Positions 39,973 through 49,439 of a stretch of 64,000 nucleotides of DNA are shown here, piece by piece; the stretch's first letter is position 1; each line of letters begins with the position of its first letter. Below the pieces are notes generated by a model. The model had not been told where the DNA came from, did not search any database, and saw nothing but the letters and a program-made list of their open reading frames with translations. Made by a program: the position numbers and the translations under genes. Where the stretch lies: contig JAYVPO010000019.1 of assembly GCA_043757325.1 (NCBI GenBank), forward strand, positions 18,624 through 82,623, in the 5' to 3' direction. This DNA is from a bacterium. GTDB taxonomy: Bacteria > Bdellovibrionota_B > Oligoflexia > Oligoflexales > RGVZ01.

Positions 39973-41508
39973 TTGTTAAGCTCCAAAATAGTTTTGCAAA
40001 ATAAATGGCCGCGGTTTTACTTTAAAGCAATTTTTTTTGAAGCGATTTTTTTCTGTCTTCCTATTCTGTGGTGGATGGGCCTGAATGTCATGGATTTGGC
40101 TCGTCTTTTTTTAATTGTTATTGCGTATCTTTACCTGAAATATCCTGAAGTTCGCAAATTTGCCTTTGTACCATCAAAACTTAAATTGAATTTACTTTGC
40201 ATTTTAATAATTTCTTTTCTTGTTCTTCTGCCGTTAGAGCTCAATTTAAGAAACTTTCTTGGGCATACCGTTAATGACACGAATATTTTTAATCAAGCAG
40301 CCGTTAACTTTGCAAATCATGGTCGATTCTGGGTAACTTTAAATCGTGCCGGACAAAACGATTTTTTAGCTGACCACGTTTCTCCAATACTACTGATACC
40401 GGCCTTTTTTTACAAACTCGGTATCCCTGCTTACTCAATTTCGATTGTCTTCCAGCAGATATGCTTTTTGATCGGGAGTTATTTTGCAATTAAGATCCTA
40501 AAAGAGTTAAAATTCGACATATTTAGTTCACTGCTTATACTTTTGCTTCTTCTCTATCAGCCAACTTTTCGAAGCCAACTTACCTGGAGTGTTCAGGTGG
40601 AATATATGAGTTTCCCCTTTATTGCTGCGAGCTATTTTTTTTGGTTAAAAGATAAAAATTGGCTTTCGGTTTTCACGGCTGTTTTAAGTTGGTCCTGCAA
40701 GGAATCCCTTGCTTGTTGGAGTGTTGGATTTGGTCTCTTTGCTTTGGCTTATTTGTTGGTTTATCGGCGGAATTACTTCTGGCAAAAAAGCCTGCCTTTT
40801 TTAGTTCTGACAATTTCAGGAAGCTTTTATTTTTACCTCGTCATTTACCACCACAGCCTTTTTTTTGGTCGGGATTACGACTATCTTTCAAGGCTTGATT
40901 TCACTTGGATTTGGCAAAATCCTTTGCTTGTTTTTAAAAAACTTAGATATCTATGTTTTTTCATTGCTAGTGTTTTCTTCATTCCAATTCAAAAACCTAA
41001 ATACTTGATATTTTTACTACCGGTGTTACCGAACTTTGGAATGAGTCTGGTATCTGGTTTTGACGATATGTACGAAATCAGCAAACAATATGCTTTATTT
41101 CCTGCTATGATTTTATTTCTGACCACTATTTTAGCAACAAAAGTATTGTTTCCAATTAAAAAAAACTCAATCCTGAAGCTACCACTGGTTCCATGTTGTC
41201 TACTTATGTGCTTTTATTTTTCCTTTCTTTCTTTAAGGCCGATGAAGATTTTTAAGGAGTGGATTTTTGAAGACTTCTATCACGCCGATGATTTTACTCA
41301 AATTCCACTTACAGAAAATGTCTTTGCAACCTTGAAATCAGCGCCATTTCTATTAGATCGCAAAGGAGTTTTTCTAAGCGATTACGATTCGAAATTGAGT
41401 TATGCTCTGGTACACCACTCGGAAATTTCTAAAATACCACAAACTATTATCGAGAAAACTTCAATCTGCCTTGATACAAAGGAATGGTATGCACGCTGTG
41501 CCAACTAA
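39973..41508 (+). CDS. Polytopic membrane protein, DUF2079-type (putative GT-C glycosyltransferase), paralog 1
   Basis: At least 10 predicted TM segments. DTNIFNQAAVNFANHGRFWVTLNR...FLADHVSPILLIPAFFYKLG and SWSCKESLACWSVGFGLFAL. TTG start. Confidence 0.8.
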   Translation: MLSSKIVLQNKWPRFYFKAIFFEAIFFCLPILWWMGLNVMDLARLFLIVIAYLYLKYPEVRKFAFVPSKLKLNLLCILIISFLVLLPLELNLRNFLGHTVNDTNIFNQAAVNFANHGRFWVTLNRAGQNDFLADHVSPILLIPAFFYKLGIPAYSISIVFQQICFLIGSYFAIKILKELKFDIFSSLLILLLLLYQPTFRSQLTWSVQVEYMSFPFIAASYFFWLKDKNWLSVFTAVLSWSCKESLACWSVGFGLFALAYLLVYRRNYFWQKSLPFLVLTISGSFYFYLVIYHHSLFFGRDYDYLSRLDFTWIWQNPLLVFKKLRYLCFFIASVFFIPIQKPKYLIFLLPVLPNFGMSLVSGFDDMYEISKQYALFPAMILFLTTILATKVLFPIKKNSILKLPLVPCCLLMCFYFSFLSLRPMKIFKEWIFEDFYHADDFTQIPLTENVFATLKSAPFLLDRKGVFLSDYDSKLSYALVHHSEISKIPQTIIEKTSICLDTKEWYARCAN

Positions 41509-43033
41509 AAAAAACAGCTCACACGGCTTGTTTATATTATTTTTAAGTTTACCTATCTGTTGGCTTTCAGGCCTAAGTATTATTGATATTTCACGTATTA
41601 TACTCGGAATGATTGTCATTTTATTTTTAAAATATCCGAAGATAGTATCGTTAGTTTTTCCAAATACGGTGTGGTCAAAAACTTCAATAACTACAGTGAT
41701 CGTCACCATTTTGATTTTTGTACCTTTAGTTTTAAATCTGCGAAATTTTATTGGTGAAAGTGTTGTTGATACACAGATCTTTAATCAAGCTGCTGTAAAT
41801 TTTGCTAATCACGGTCGTTTTTGGGTTAGTTTAAATCGATTTTGGCTAAGTGATTTTTTAGCAGATCACGTATCACCAATTTTAATAGCACCAGCTTTTC
41901 TTTATCGGTTAGGGATCCCGGCTTATAGTTGTGCGATATTTTTTCAAATGCTAACCACAGGTTTAGGTTCCTGGTGTTTATTTTATCTAGCCAAGATATT
42001 AAAATTTGACACCATGTCATCGCTTGCTGTCTGCCTTATATTCCTTTGTCTTGGACCCATTCGAAATCAACTAACGTGGAATGTGCAGGCCGAATATATG
42101 AGTTTTCCGTTTGTTGTTTTAACTTATTATTTTTGGGTAAAAAAATATCACTGGGTTGCAGTAACCGCGGCGGTTCTAAGCTGGTCATGTAAGGAAACTC
42201 TAGCCTGCTGGAGTGTGGGTTTTGGACTTTTCGCACTTGCGTATGATTTGATTGTTGTACGCCAAAAATCCTTTCGAACGGTTTTACCTTATTTGTTACT
42301 TGTGGTTTGCGGAACAGCGTATTTTTTTGGGTTGGTGATTTTTCATGAATTTATTTTTGGCCGAAGTTTTGATTACTTGGGCCGTATAGATTTGCAAAGT
42401 ATTTTTGAGAGTCCAAAGATATTTTTGGAAAAAATTGGGTATATCGTCTTCTTTTTGAGCGCGGGGCTCTTTTATTTTTTCTGGAAGAAAATAAATATGA
42501 TTTTTCTTTTGCCGATACTACCTCATTTTATTATAAGTTTTATTTCCAATTCATCGCATATGAGAGAACTAGGTCGCGAGTACGCACTTTTTCCTGCAAT
42601 GGCTGTGTATATTGCGACTATTACTGCTTTTGGCCTCAATAAAAATATTTCGAATTCCAAAGTTCGGCCTTTCACAATCCCAGCATGCGCGGGCGTATTT
42701 GTTTTGGCATTGTACTTTGCGTTTTTACCGTCAAAGCCAATGGGAGTTTTACATGATTATTTTGCATTGCCTAAACTGTCAACCGAGTCATTACAGTTTA
42801 TTCCGCGAGAAGCCGACGTTTATGTAAGTTTGCGAGCAGCACCGTTTCTACTGGATAGGCATATTCTTTACTTATACACGGCCCGAACGGAAAAGTGGCC
42901 TGAATTTGATTATCTTGTTATTCATCAAAACGAACTCAAAGATTTAACCCAAATAATTAAAGAAAAAACTAGGGCCTGTTTTGAATCTATTGATTGGCAT
43001 GTACGGTGCAAACTTAATGCCACGAAACCATAA
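41489..43033 (+). CDS. DUF2079-type membrane protein, paralog 2
   Basis: Very similar to paralog 1 in the conserved blocks (QIFNQAAVNFANHGRFWVSLNR...FLADHVSPILIAPAFLYRLG). ATG 41489 overlaps the end of paralog 1 by 20 nt. Confidence 0.8.
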   Translation: MHAVPTKKNSSHGLFILFLSLPICWLSGLSIIDISRIILGMIVILFLKYPKIVSLVFPNTVWSKTSITTVIVTILIFVPLVLNLRNFIGESVVDTQIFNQAAVNFANHGRFWVSLNRFWLSDFLADHVSPILIAPAFLYRLGIPAYSCAIFFQMLTTGLGSWCLFYLAKILKFDTMSSLAVCLIFLCLGPIRNQLTWNVQAEYMSFPFVVLTYYFWVKKYHWVAVTAAVLSWSCKETLACWSVGFGLFALAYDLIVVRQKSFRTVLPYLLLVVCGTAYFFGLVIFHEFIFGRSFDYLGRIDLQSIFESPKIFLEKIGYIVFFLSAGLFYFFWKKINMIFLLPILPHFIISFISNSSHMRELGREYALFPAMAVYIATITAFGLNKNISNSKVRPFTIPACAGVFVLALYFAFLPSKPMGVLHDYFALPKLSTESLQFIPREADVYVSLRAAPFLLDRHILYLYTARTEKWPEFDYLVIHQNELKDLTQIIKEKTRACFESIDWHVRCKLNATKP

Positions 43034-44534
43034 TAAAATATTGAACAAAATACTGCCTACAATTTTTTTTGCAATACCAACATTTTGGCTTCTAGGCATA
43101 AGTGTACAAGACCTGTGCAGAATTCTTACCCTCGGAATAATTATCCTTGGCTTTAACAGACCGAAATTTTGGGAAATTACGTTTGCAAACTCAAAGGCAA
43201 TTACCATGCTTTCTGGCGGCATCCTTTTCGGCCTTATTTTAATACTAACAGTAAGCCTTGCTCAGCGTGTATTTTTGGGAAGCACTTTTATCGATACTGT
43301 GATTTTTTCCGAAGCGGCTCAGAAATTCGCAACTTCAGGAGAGTTTACAACTTCGATTAACCGACTTTTTATCAATAATTTTATGGCGGATCACTTTGCG
43401 CCTATTCTTATTATACCTGCGTTTTTAATTAAACTAGGCATTCCGAACTATTGGAGTTCCATAGGCGCTCAGTTTTTATTTTTGATTTTTGGAGCACTTG
43501 CGGCTTTTAAACTTATGCGTGCACTGAATTACAACAATGCTTCCGCATCAATTTTGACAACGTTACTTTTTTTTCAAGCAACTGTACGCGGAAATCTTTA
43601 TTGGCAGGTTCAAATTGAGTACTGGTCTATTGGTTTTGTTTGTTTGGCATTTCTTTTTTGGTTTAAAGAAAAGCCCATCTTAAGTTTTTTGTTTGCGGTT
43701 CTAAGTTGGACGTGTAAAGAATCTCTGGCGCTATGGACGATTAGTTTTGCCCTTTTTGCAATAACTCATGAATTAGTATTTCGGCATGGTAGGTCAAAAA
43801 AAATCTACATTTTTCTATTATTTGTAGCGCTTGGTTATTTTTCTACGTTAATTTACGCGCATACGTTTTTATTTGGTCGGCGCTATGATTATCTTTCGCG
43901 GATCGAATGGCGAGGTATTTTTGAAGATTTAGCACAACTTCAAAATAAGGTTTTTTATTTAATTTTTTTTCTAGCATCGGTAGGATTTTATTTGCTGCGC
44001 ACAAAAAAAAGGTTTGTATATCTTTTGCCGCTTGCTTCGATTTTTGCTTTAGCGTTAGTTTCTAACAAAAGTGATATGCATGATATCACAAAACAGTATT
44101 CGTTTTTTCCAGGTTTTTTGATTTTTTTAATTACCGCAATTGCCTACTCCGATTCAGCTAAAAAAAGCGCCGAACATTTGATTTCGGTACCCATCCTACC
44201 CGCGGTTTTCTCCATGTGTTTTAGCTTTATGTTTTTTCCACTTCGACCCATTAAATTAATCCGAAATTATTCTCAAAATAAGTTAAACCCCAGTCCTTTA
44301 AATAATATTCCTATCACTTCTCGAGTTGTCGTCACCACAAAAAGTGCCCCGTTTTTGCTTGATAGAATGCAGCTAATTGAAATGCAGAATATCGGAGACA
44401 ATCTGGTTTCTTTTGATTTTATTGCTGTGGAGAAAAACGCAGAAAAAGACATACCTCAATCGATTAAAAATCAAACTAGATCTTTCCTAGTAGCACATGA
44501 CTGGATTATTCTAGCAAGGAGAACGGATCATTAA
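42999..44534 (+). CDS. DUF2079-type membrane protein, paralog 3 (more diverged)
   Basis: FSEAAQKFATSGEFTTSINR...FMADHFAPILIIPAFLIKLG and SWTCKESLALWTISFALFAI. The start is ATG 42999 (or 43017) and overlaps the end of paralog 2. Confidence 0.78.
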   Translation: MYGANLMPRNHNKILNKILPTIFFAIPTFWLLGISVQDLCRILTLGIIILGFNRPKFWEITFANSKAITMLSGGILFGLILILTVSLAQRVFLGSTFIDTVIFSEAAQKFATSGEFTTSINRLFINNFMADHFAPILIIPAFLIKLGIPNYWSSIGAQFLFLIFGALAAFKLMRALNYNNASASILTTLLFFQATVRGNLYWQVQIEYWSIGFVCLAFLFWFKEKPILSFLFAVLSWTCKESLALWTISFALFAITHELVFRHGRSKKIYIFLLFVALGYFSTLIYAHTFLFGRRYDYLSRIEWRGIFEDLAQLQNKVFYLIFFLASVGFYLLRTKKRFVYLLPLASIFALALVSNKSDMHDITKQYSFFPGFLIFLITAIAYSDSAKKSAEHLISVPILPAVFSMCFSFMFFPLRPIKLIRNYSQNKLNPSPLNNIPITSRVVVTTKSAPFLLDRMQLIEMQNIGDNLVSFDFIAVEKNAEKDIPQSIKNQTRSFLVAHDWIILARRTDH

Positions 44535-44601
44535 CTTTTCAAAAAAAAACACTTTTTTATCTTTTTTAACTTCCAAAAAAATTTTTGGGTTTTTTGTTTT
44601 A

Positions 44602-45963
44602 ATGGCGGTGTTTCGGATTGTTTCTGGTGTTATCTCTTCCATTCACCCAATTACATCGCCGCACACTTGGCGCCAAGTCGATACCTTGAGCGTAGCTTTT
44701 CGCTATTGGCAAAGGTGGACATTGGACACCGATCATACTTTGTGGTTTTTCCCTGCGGTGCTAAATTCATCCGACAAGTATGGGTTTATGTTAATGGAAT
44801 TTCCCCTGTTGAATATTTTTTTGGCCCCAGCGTTTTTTTTAGGGATTGAAACGGGCAGATCTGCAGCACATTTAATATTAATTTTTCTAGTGGTGGTTTT
44901 TTGCTTTTTAAATTTTAAAATTTGGCAGAAAAAATCTCTTCTGCAAACCGAAACTTCCTCCAAGTTAGTGGCTTTCGCGGCTGCGCTTTTTCCATTTTTT
45001 TCTTTTTGTTCGGCATTTACATTTAAGTGCATTCCCGATGTTTTTTCTGTACAGCTTGTTTTACTTGGCTTGGGACTTTTTGTGAGTAAATGTTCTCGAA
45101 AGCGTTTAATTTACGCAGTTGTTTGCGTTATTTTAGGTTGTTTAATTAAACCTGTTAGTATTTTTGTATTTGGATTTTTCATTGTTATTTTCCATGAAAC
45201 AAATTTTAAATTAAAGGCAAAAGTGATATTCCTATTTACCATTTGTGCTTTTTCTTGCTGGATTTATTACACTAAGCTTCTGCCTCATTTTTCTTACCTT
45301 GTCGAACTGGCGCCGAAATTTGCGGTTAAACCGCGTGGTTTTTTGGATAATCTCCAAGGACTTAAAGGTGAATCCTTTATTCAGGTTTTAGATTTTTTTA
45401 ACTATCATTTGATGGCGCCTTGGGTTTTGGTTCTCTTGTTGTTTGTAAATTACGCAAGACAAAAGCTGGTTTTGGTAGTTGGTGTAGTTTTATTGCAGAT
45501 CGTCAGCATTCTATTGGTCGACGGCCCGCATGCTTTTGTTCATGCTTATTATTTTTCAGCTTTGGCACCATTGTTTCTTTATTTGACTTTAAAAGTCGTG
45601 CTTTCTAATCGATTATTAGGTTTTTTAATTCTTTTACTGATTTTTGTAAGGAATTCAGAAAACACCATTGCGGATTTTAAGAATTTTAATCCTGCCTCAA
45701 AAATATCGGTAATGTTTGCAGAATGCGCAACTTTCAAATTTGAATTCCCCAATTTTCCATGGGGTAAAAATCTTACTTTTCGCAGTTCAAACGAAATTTA
45801 CCCTTTGCTTGGCCTGTGTTTTGGTGAGCGCCAAGACTCGAACACTTCCGACTTTGGATTTTATTATGGAAATGATCCATTACCCAGTGACTGTCGTGAA
45901 ATCGCAAGAAAACACGAGTTGAAGTTAGCAGACTGCAGCGGCAAAACAAGCTCAACCTTCTAA
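44602..45963 (+). CDS. Polytopic membrane protein, ArnT/PMT_2-like GT-C glycosyltransferase candidate
   Basis: N-terminal WRQVDTLSVAFRYW...GFMLMEFPLLNIFLAPAF resembles the WRQxDTAxIARNF...EFPLY signature of PMT_2/ArnT-like enzymes (recalled from memory). Many TM segments. Confidence 0.7.
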   Translation: MAVFRIVSGVISSIHPITSPHTWRQVDTLSVAFRYWQRWTLDTDHTLWFFPAVLNSSDKYGFMLMEFPLLNIFLAPAFFLGIETGRSAAHLILIFLVVVFCFLNFKIWQKKSLLQTETSSKLVAFAAALFPFFSFCSAFTFKCIPDVFSVQLVLLGLGLFVSKCSRKRLIYAVVCVILGCLIKPVSIFVFGFFIVIFHETNFKLKAKVIFLFTICAFSCWIYYTKLLPHFSYLVELAPKFAVKPRGFLDNLQGLKGESFIQVLDFFNYHLMAPWVLVLLLFVNYARQKLVLVVGVVLLQIVSILLVDGPHAFVHAYYFSALAPLFLYLTLKVVLSNRLLGFLILLLIFVRNSENTIADFKNFNPASKISVMFAECATFKFEFPNFPWGKNLTFRSSNEIYPLLGLCFGERQDSNTSDFGFYYGNDPLPSDCREIARKHELKLADCSGKTSSTF

Positions 45964-46068
45964 TTATCACGAATGCAAATTCTCAGTTTTCATTGCTTTT
46001 ATTTGACTTTCAGACTTGATAAATTAAAGATATCATCAAACGACTTAAACCACTTTCGAAATAAAATT

Positions 46069-46779
46069 ATGAAGATATTATTTTTACTGCTGCTTACGGT
46101 TGCCTATGCTAACACATCGAGTGCGAGTGAATATCATCAGTATTTTCTCTTGCGCCGTGGAAAGCAAATTTTAAAACAAGATTCTATCCAATCCAAAGCG
46201 CACTTAACCGGATTGCAGTCCGATTTAGTGTTGCCCTATTTAGGACGTTTACAAATTTCATTCGACATGTCTCCAAATGTCACAAACGATACGAGCCTTG
46301 GAATAGAAAGCCTGCAGTGGAATCGTGGCACAGTTGGAAAGCCTTTCACAAAAGATTTTAAAAGCAGTTCTATTGACTTTACTCTTAGGGCTAGGTTGAC
46401 TAATTACCGCAGCAATTTGCCTACTATTGTGGATGGCGTAGAAACTGAAATCACCAACTTGGATATTGTCAATTGTGGCATTGCGGTAGCCGAACTGGGT
46501 TACGAGAAAAGAATTGCAACCGACTGGCTAAGAATTTATTACAACTACGGGTTATCTGTTCTTCGTAAGTCCCCCACGAAAGTCTGGGAGCATCAGGCAG
46601 GTGCCCATTATTTTCTTCCACTTTTCTCTACAGCTTCGCATTTTTCTGTTTTGATTAACGCATTTGCAGAGTTCGACAGTTTTAAATTTAGAAAACCTTC
46701 CGAGTCAGATGAAACCATCGATAGTGAACTCCGCGGCTCGACAGTTTTTGTCGGAGTCGGTTTAGGTTTTTCATTTTAA
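46069..46779 (+). CDS. Small outer-membrane beta-barrel-like protein
   Basis: Start at MKILFLLLLTVAYANTSSA (signal peptide). Alternating-hydrophobic strands. C-terminal GVGLGFSF ends in Phe. Confidence 0.65.
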   Translation: MKILFLLLLTVAYANTSSASEYHQYFLLRRGKQILKQDSIQSKAHLTGLQSDLVLPYLGRLQISFDMSPNVTNDTSLGIESLQWNRGTVGKPFTKDFKSSSIDFTLRARLTNYRSNLPTIVDGVETEITNLDIVNCGIAVAELGYEKRIATDWLRIYYNYGLSVLRKSPTKVWEHQAGAHYFLPLFSTASHFSVLINAFAEFDSFKFRKPSESDETIDSELRGSTVFVGVGLGFSF

Positions 46780-48131
46780 AATATTTTAAGACATTCAAGA
46801 TCTTTTAAAAAATCCGCAAAAGCTTTTTCTTGATTTTCTCGTGCTCGAAGGATGGCAGATGGATGGGTCGTTACTAATATTTTTGCATTATTTTTCAACT
46901 GAATAAGACTCCCGCGGACGTCTTTAATTTTTACAACTTTGCCTAAAATAGCTTGGGCAGCAGTTGCCCCTAAACAAACAATTATTTCAGGTTTTATAAG
47001 TTCCAACTCGTGATCAAGCCAGGATTTGCAAACAGCAATTTCTCTGGATTCAGGATTTTGATGGATACGCTTTCGACCTTCACCGGGTGTCCACTTAAAA
47101 TGTTTGACCGCATTCGTAATGTAAATCTGTTGACGATTTATCCCCAATATTTCCAATGCTCGATCAAGAAGCTGTCCTGCCGGGCCAACAAAAGGCAGTC
47201 CTGCTAAATCTTCTTGATCACCGGGCTGTTCTCCGACAAAAACAATTTTCGCATCTTTGGGCCCTTCTCCAAAAACGGTTTGCGTTGCATTTTTATGAAG
47301 GGGACAAAAAGTGCAACTTTTCGCAAGAGTTTTTAAATCCTCTAAAGTTGAGTTTACGGTCGTATGCTCTTGGATAAATTTTTCTGGAGAAGGCGGCTGC
47401 CAGGAAAGCATTTCCTCAACACGCTGTGGAGCTTTTTGTAACATAGATTCGATAATTTTGGTTTCGGGCAAAGTTTTCCAATGACGTACCGGCATTTCGT
47501 TTTTCATGGCTTTAATTTTAATGCGCGCAGGATTAAAAATATGCGCATAGTAAGTTAACCAATAGGTTTCAAAATCATCTTTTAAGCAAGGATCGATTTC
47601 GACTCCAGCCGAATAAATTAATTTTTTGCCGTCCCAATGCATCGACTCGTCAGGTGTCAAAATCGACCATTTCATAATTGCAAACCGCTCAACAAAAAAT
47701 GGCGCCGCAAGACGGACCACAAAATGATCGGGATTGTGCCAAGCGATATAAGTGTTTTCGTCAACTTGTTTAAATCGCACAAACGCTTTCATTTTATGGG
47801 TATCACGATGAACCGCTTTGGCACGCCGCTGAAGTTTTATAATGTCGTCATCTGTTAAATTAAGCATCAGAGTTTTGTCTTCGAATTGTAACCGCCACAA
47901 AAGCCGATACAACAAATCCCACCTGTCTTCTGATCTGAATAATCCGGCCTTTTCAGCTAATGAGACAAACTCACGCGGCACAAAAATTTGACTTTTTTGC
48001 GGATAGGAAATTTCTGTGCTGAGATCTCTAAGCTGCCAATTAACTTCTTCGGGCATTATTTTTAAATTAACCAGCGCTCGTGCAACCTTTCGCCAATTTG
48101 CAAAAGTTCCATCGATCGCGACGGTTTTCAC
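46776..48131 (-). CDS. DUF4130 domain fused to a family-4 uracil-DNA glycosylase of UdgX type
   Basis: Motif A GEQPGDQEDLAGLPFVGPAGQLLD, motif B HPSAILR, and the UdgX-type insertion GRKRIHQNP (RKRIH at 47061-47075). N-terminal FVRFKQV...WHNPDHFVV...FFVERF (DUF4130/TIGR03915-like). Confidence 0.85.
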   Translation of the reverse strand: MKTVAIDGTFANWRKVARALVNLKIMPEEVNWQLRDLSTEISYPQKSQIFVPREFVSLAEKAGLFRSEDRWDLLYRLLWRLQFEDKTLMLNLTDDDIIKLQRRAKAVHRDTHKMKAFVRFKQVDENTYIAWHNPDHFVVRLAAPFFVERFAIMKWSILTPDESMHWDGKKLIYSAGVEIDPCLKDDFETYWLTYYAHIFNPARIKIKAMKNEMPVRHWKTLPETKIIESMLQKAPQRVEEMLSWQPPSPEKFIQEHTTVNSTLEDLKTLAKSCTFCPLHKNATQTVFGEGPKDAKIVFVGEQPGDQEDLAGLPFVGPAGQLLDRALEILGINRQQIYITNAVKHFKWTPGEGRKRIHQNPESREIAVCKSWLDHELELIKPEIIVCLGATAAQAILGKVVKIKDVRGSLIQLKNNAKILVTTHPSAILRARENQEKAFADFLKDLECLKIF

Positions 48132-49390
48132 ACAAACTCTCGAATAATAGGCTCGCCAGTAACGGGATCATCAAACAAACTACGTTGAAAATACTTTGGC
48201 AGATGAATTTCATTTTCGAAAATTTTTAATTGCGTTCTGTTTTCTGAAATGGGCTCGTTAACTGTCACAAAGAACTTCACTTTTTCCAAAGAAACTCGCA
48301 TCTTTTTTAAATCCGTCCAGGTCAATAAATGATGCTTACGGACTTGCAGTATTTTTTTAACTGATCCAACACCTAAACCGGGAACTCGCAGAAGTGCTTT
48401 TTCTTGAGCTCGATTTACGTCGACTGGAAAAAAGTGTTTATTACGTAAAGCCCAGCTTAATTTTGGGTCATTTTTTAAGTCTAAATTTGGTTCGGCTTCA
48501 GTGGTTAATTCTTCAACTGCAAATCCGTAGAACCTCAATAACCAGTCTGCTTGGTATAGCCGATGCTCCCGCACTAAAGGCGGCGAAACCAACGGCAAAC
48601 GAGGGTCAGCGTCGGGAATTGGACTAAAAGCAGAGTAATAAACGCGCCGCAGATTATGCTTTTCGTATAAGTGATCTGCGGTTTTTAGAATCGCAGCGTC
48701 CGTGCTTGGAGTGGCTCCAACGATCATTTGAGTGCTCTGGCCACCAGGCGCAAAAATTGCTTTTTTGTCTCCGTCTTTTTTGCGTTCGAAAGAATTTGTA
48801 ATTTCGGATTTGATTGTTGTCATAACGTTTTCAATCGACACGTGGTCTTTCGCTGGAGCGAGTTGATTGAGATCTGCTTGAGTTGGCAACTCGATATTTG
48901 CGCTCAACCGATCAGCCCATTTTCCGGCTTCAATAAATAACTCCGGTGTAGCACCAGCAACCGCTTTTAGGTGAATATACCCACCAAATCGGTGTTTTGT
49001 GCGCAGATTTTTGGCAACTTTTATAAGCTCTTCCATTGTTGCATCAGGCGAACGTTGAACTCCTGAGCTCAAAAATAATCCTTCAATGTAATTGCGTTTA
49101 TAGAATTCAAGAGTAAGAGTCACAACCTCATCAGGAGAGAATTTTGCCCGAGGAATTTGACTAGAAACACGGTTGATACAATAAGTGCAGTCGAATATAC
49201 AGGCGTTGGTTAAAAGGATTTTGAGTAACGAGACACAACGCCCATCTGGAGTATAACTATGACAGATGCCGATCTTCTCGGTGGATCCGAGGCCGTTTTT
49301 AAAGCGTTTTTGCTTAACTCCACTGCTGGCACAGGAAGCATCATATTTGGCTGCGTCTGCAAGAATAGCGAGTTTTTTTTCGAGTTCCAT
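48128..49390 (-). CDS. Putative DNA modification/repair radical SAM protein (TIGR03916-like)
   Basis: CIFDCTYC CxxxCxxC cluster motif. C-terminal helix-hairpin-helix-like LLRVPGLGVGSVKKIL. 4-nt overlap with the UdgX-fusion gene. Confidence 0.85.
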   Translation of the reverse strand: MELEKKLAILADAAKYDASCASSGVKQKRFKNGLGSTEKIGICHSYTPDGRCVSLLKILLTNACIFDCTYCINRVSSQIPRAKFSPDEVVTLTLEFYKRNYIEGLFLSSGVQRSPDATMEELIKVAKNLRTKHRFGGYIHLKAVAGATPELFIEAGKWADRLSANIELPTQADLNQLAPAKDHVSIENVMTTIKSEITNSFERKKDGDKKAIFAPGGQSTQMIVGATPSTDAAILKTADHLYEKHNLRRVYYSAFSPIPDADPRLPLVSPPLVREHRLYQADWLLRFYGFAVEELTTEAEPNLDLKNDPKLSWALRNKHFFPVDVNRAQEKALLRVPGLGVGSVKKILQVRKHHLLTWTDLKKMRVSLEKVKFFVTVNEPISENRTQLKIFENEIHLPKYFQRSLFDDPVTGEPIIREFV

Positions 49391-49420
49391 ATTAGTTAAA
49401 ACCTCATTGCTGTGACTAAT

Positions 49421-49439
49421 TTAATACGTAAAGTATTAA
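49421..49439. promoter_or_regulatory. Perfect 7-5-7 palindrome upstream of the radical SAM gene (operator candidate)
   Basis: TTAATAC-GTAAA-GTATTAA, 31-49 nt upstream of the ATG at 49390. Nested inside a second inverted pair cattgct (49405-11) / agcaatg (49441-47). Confidence 0.4.
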
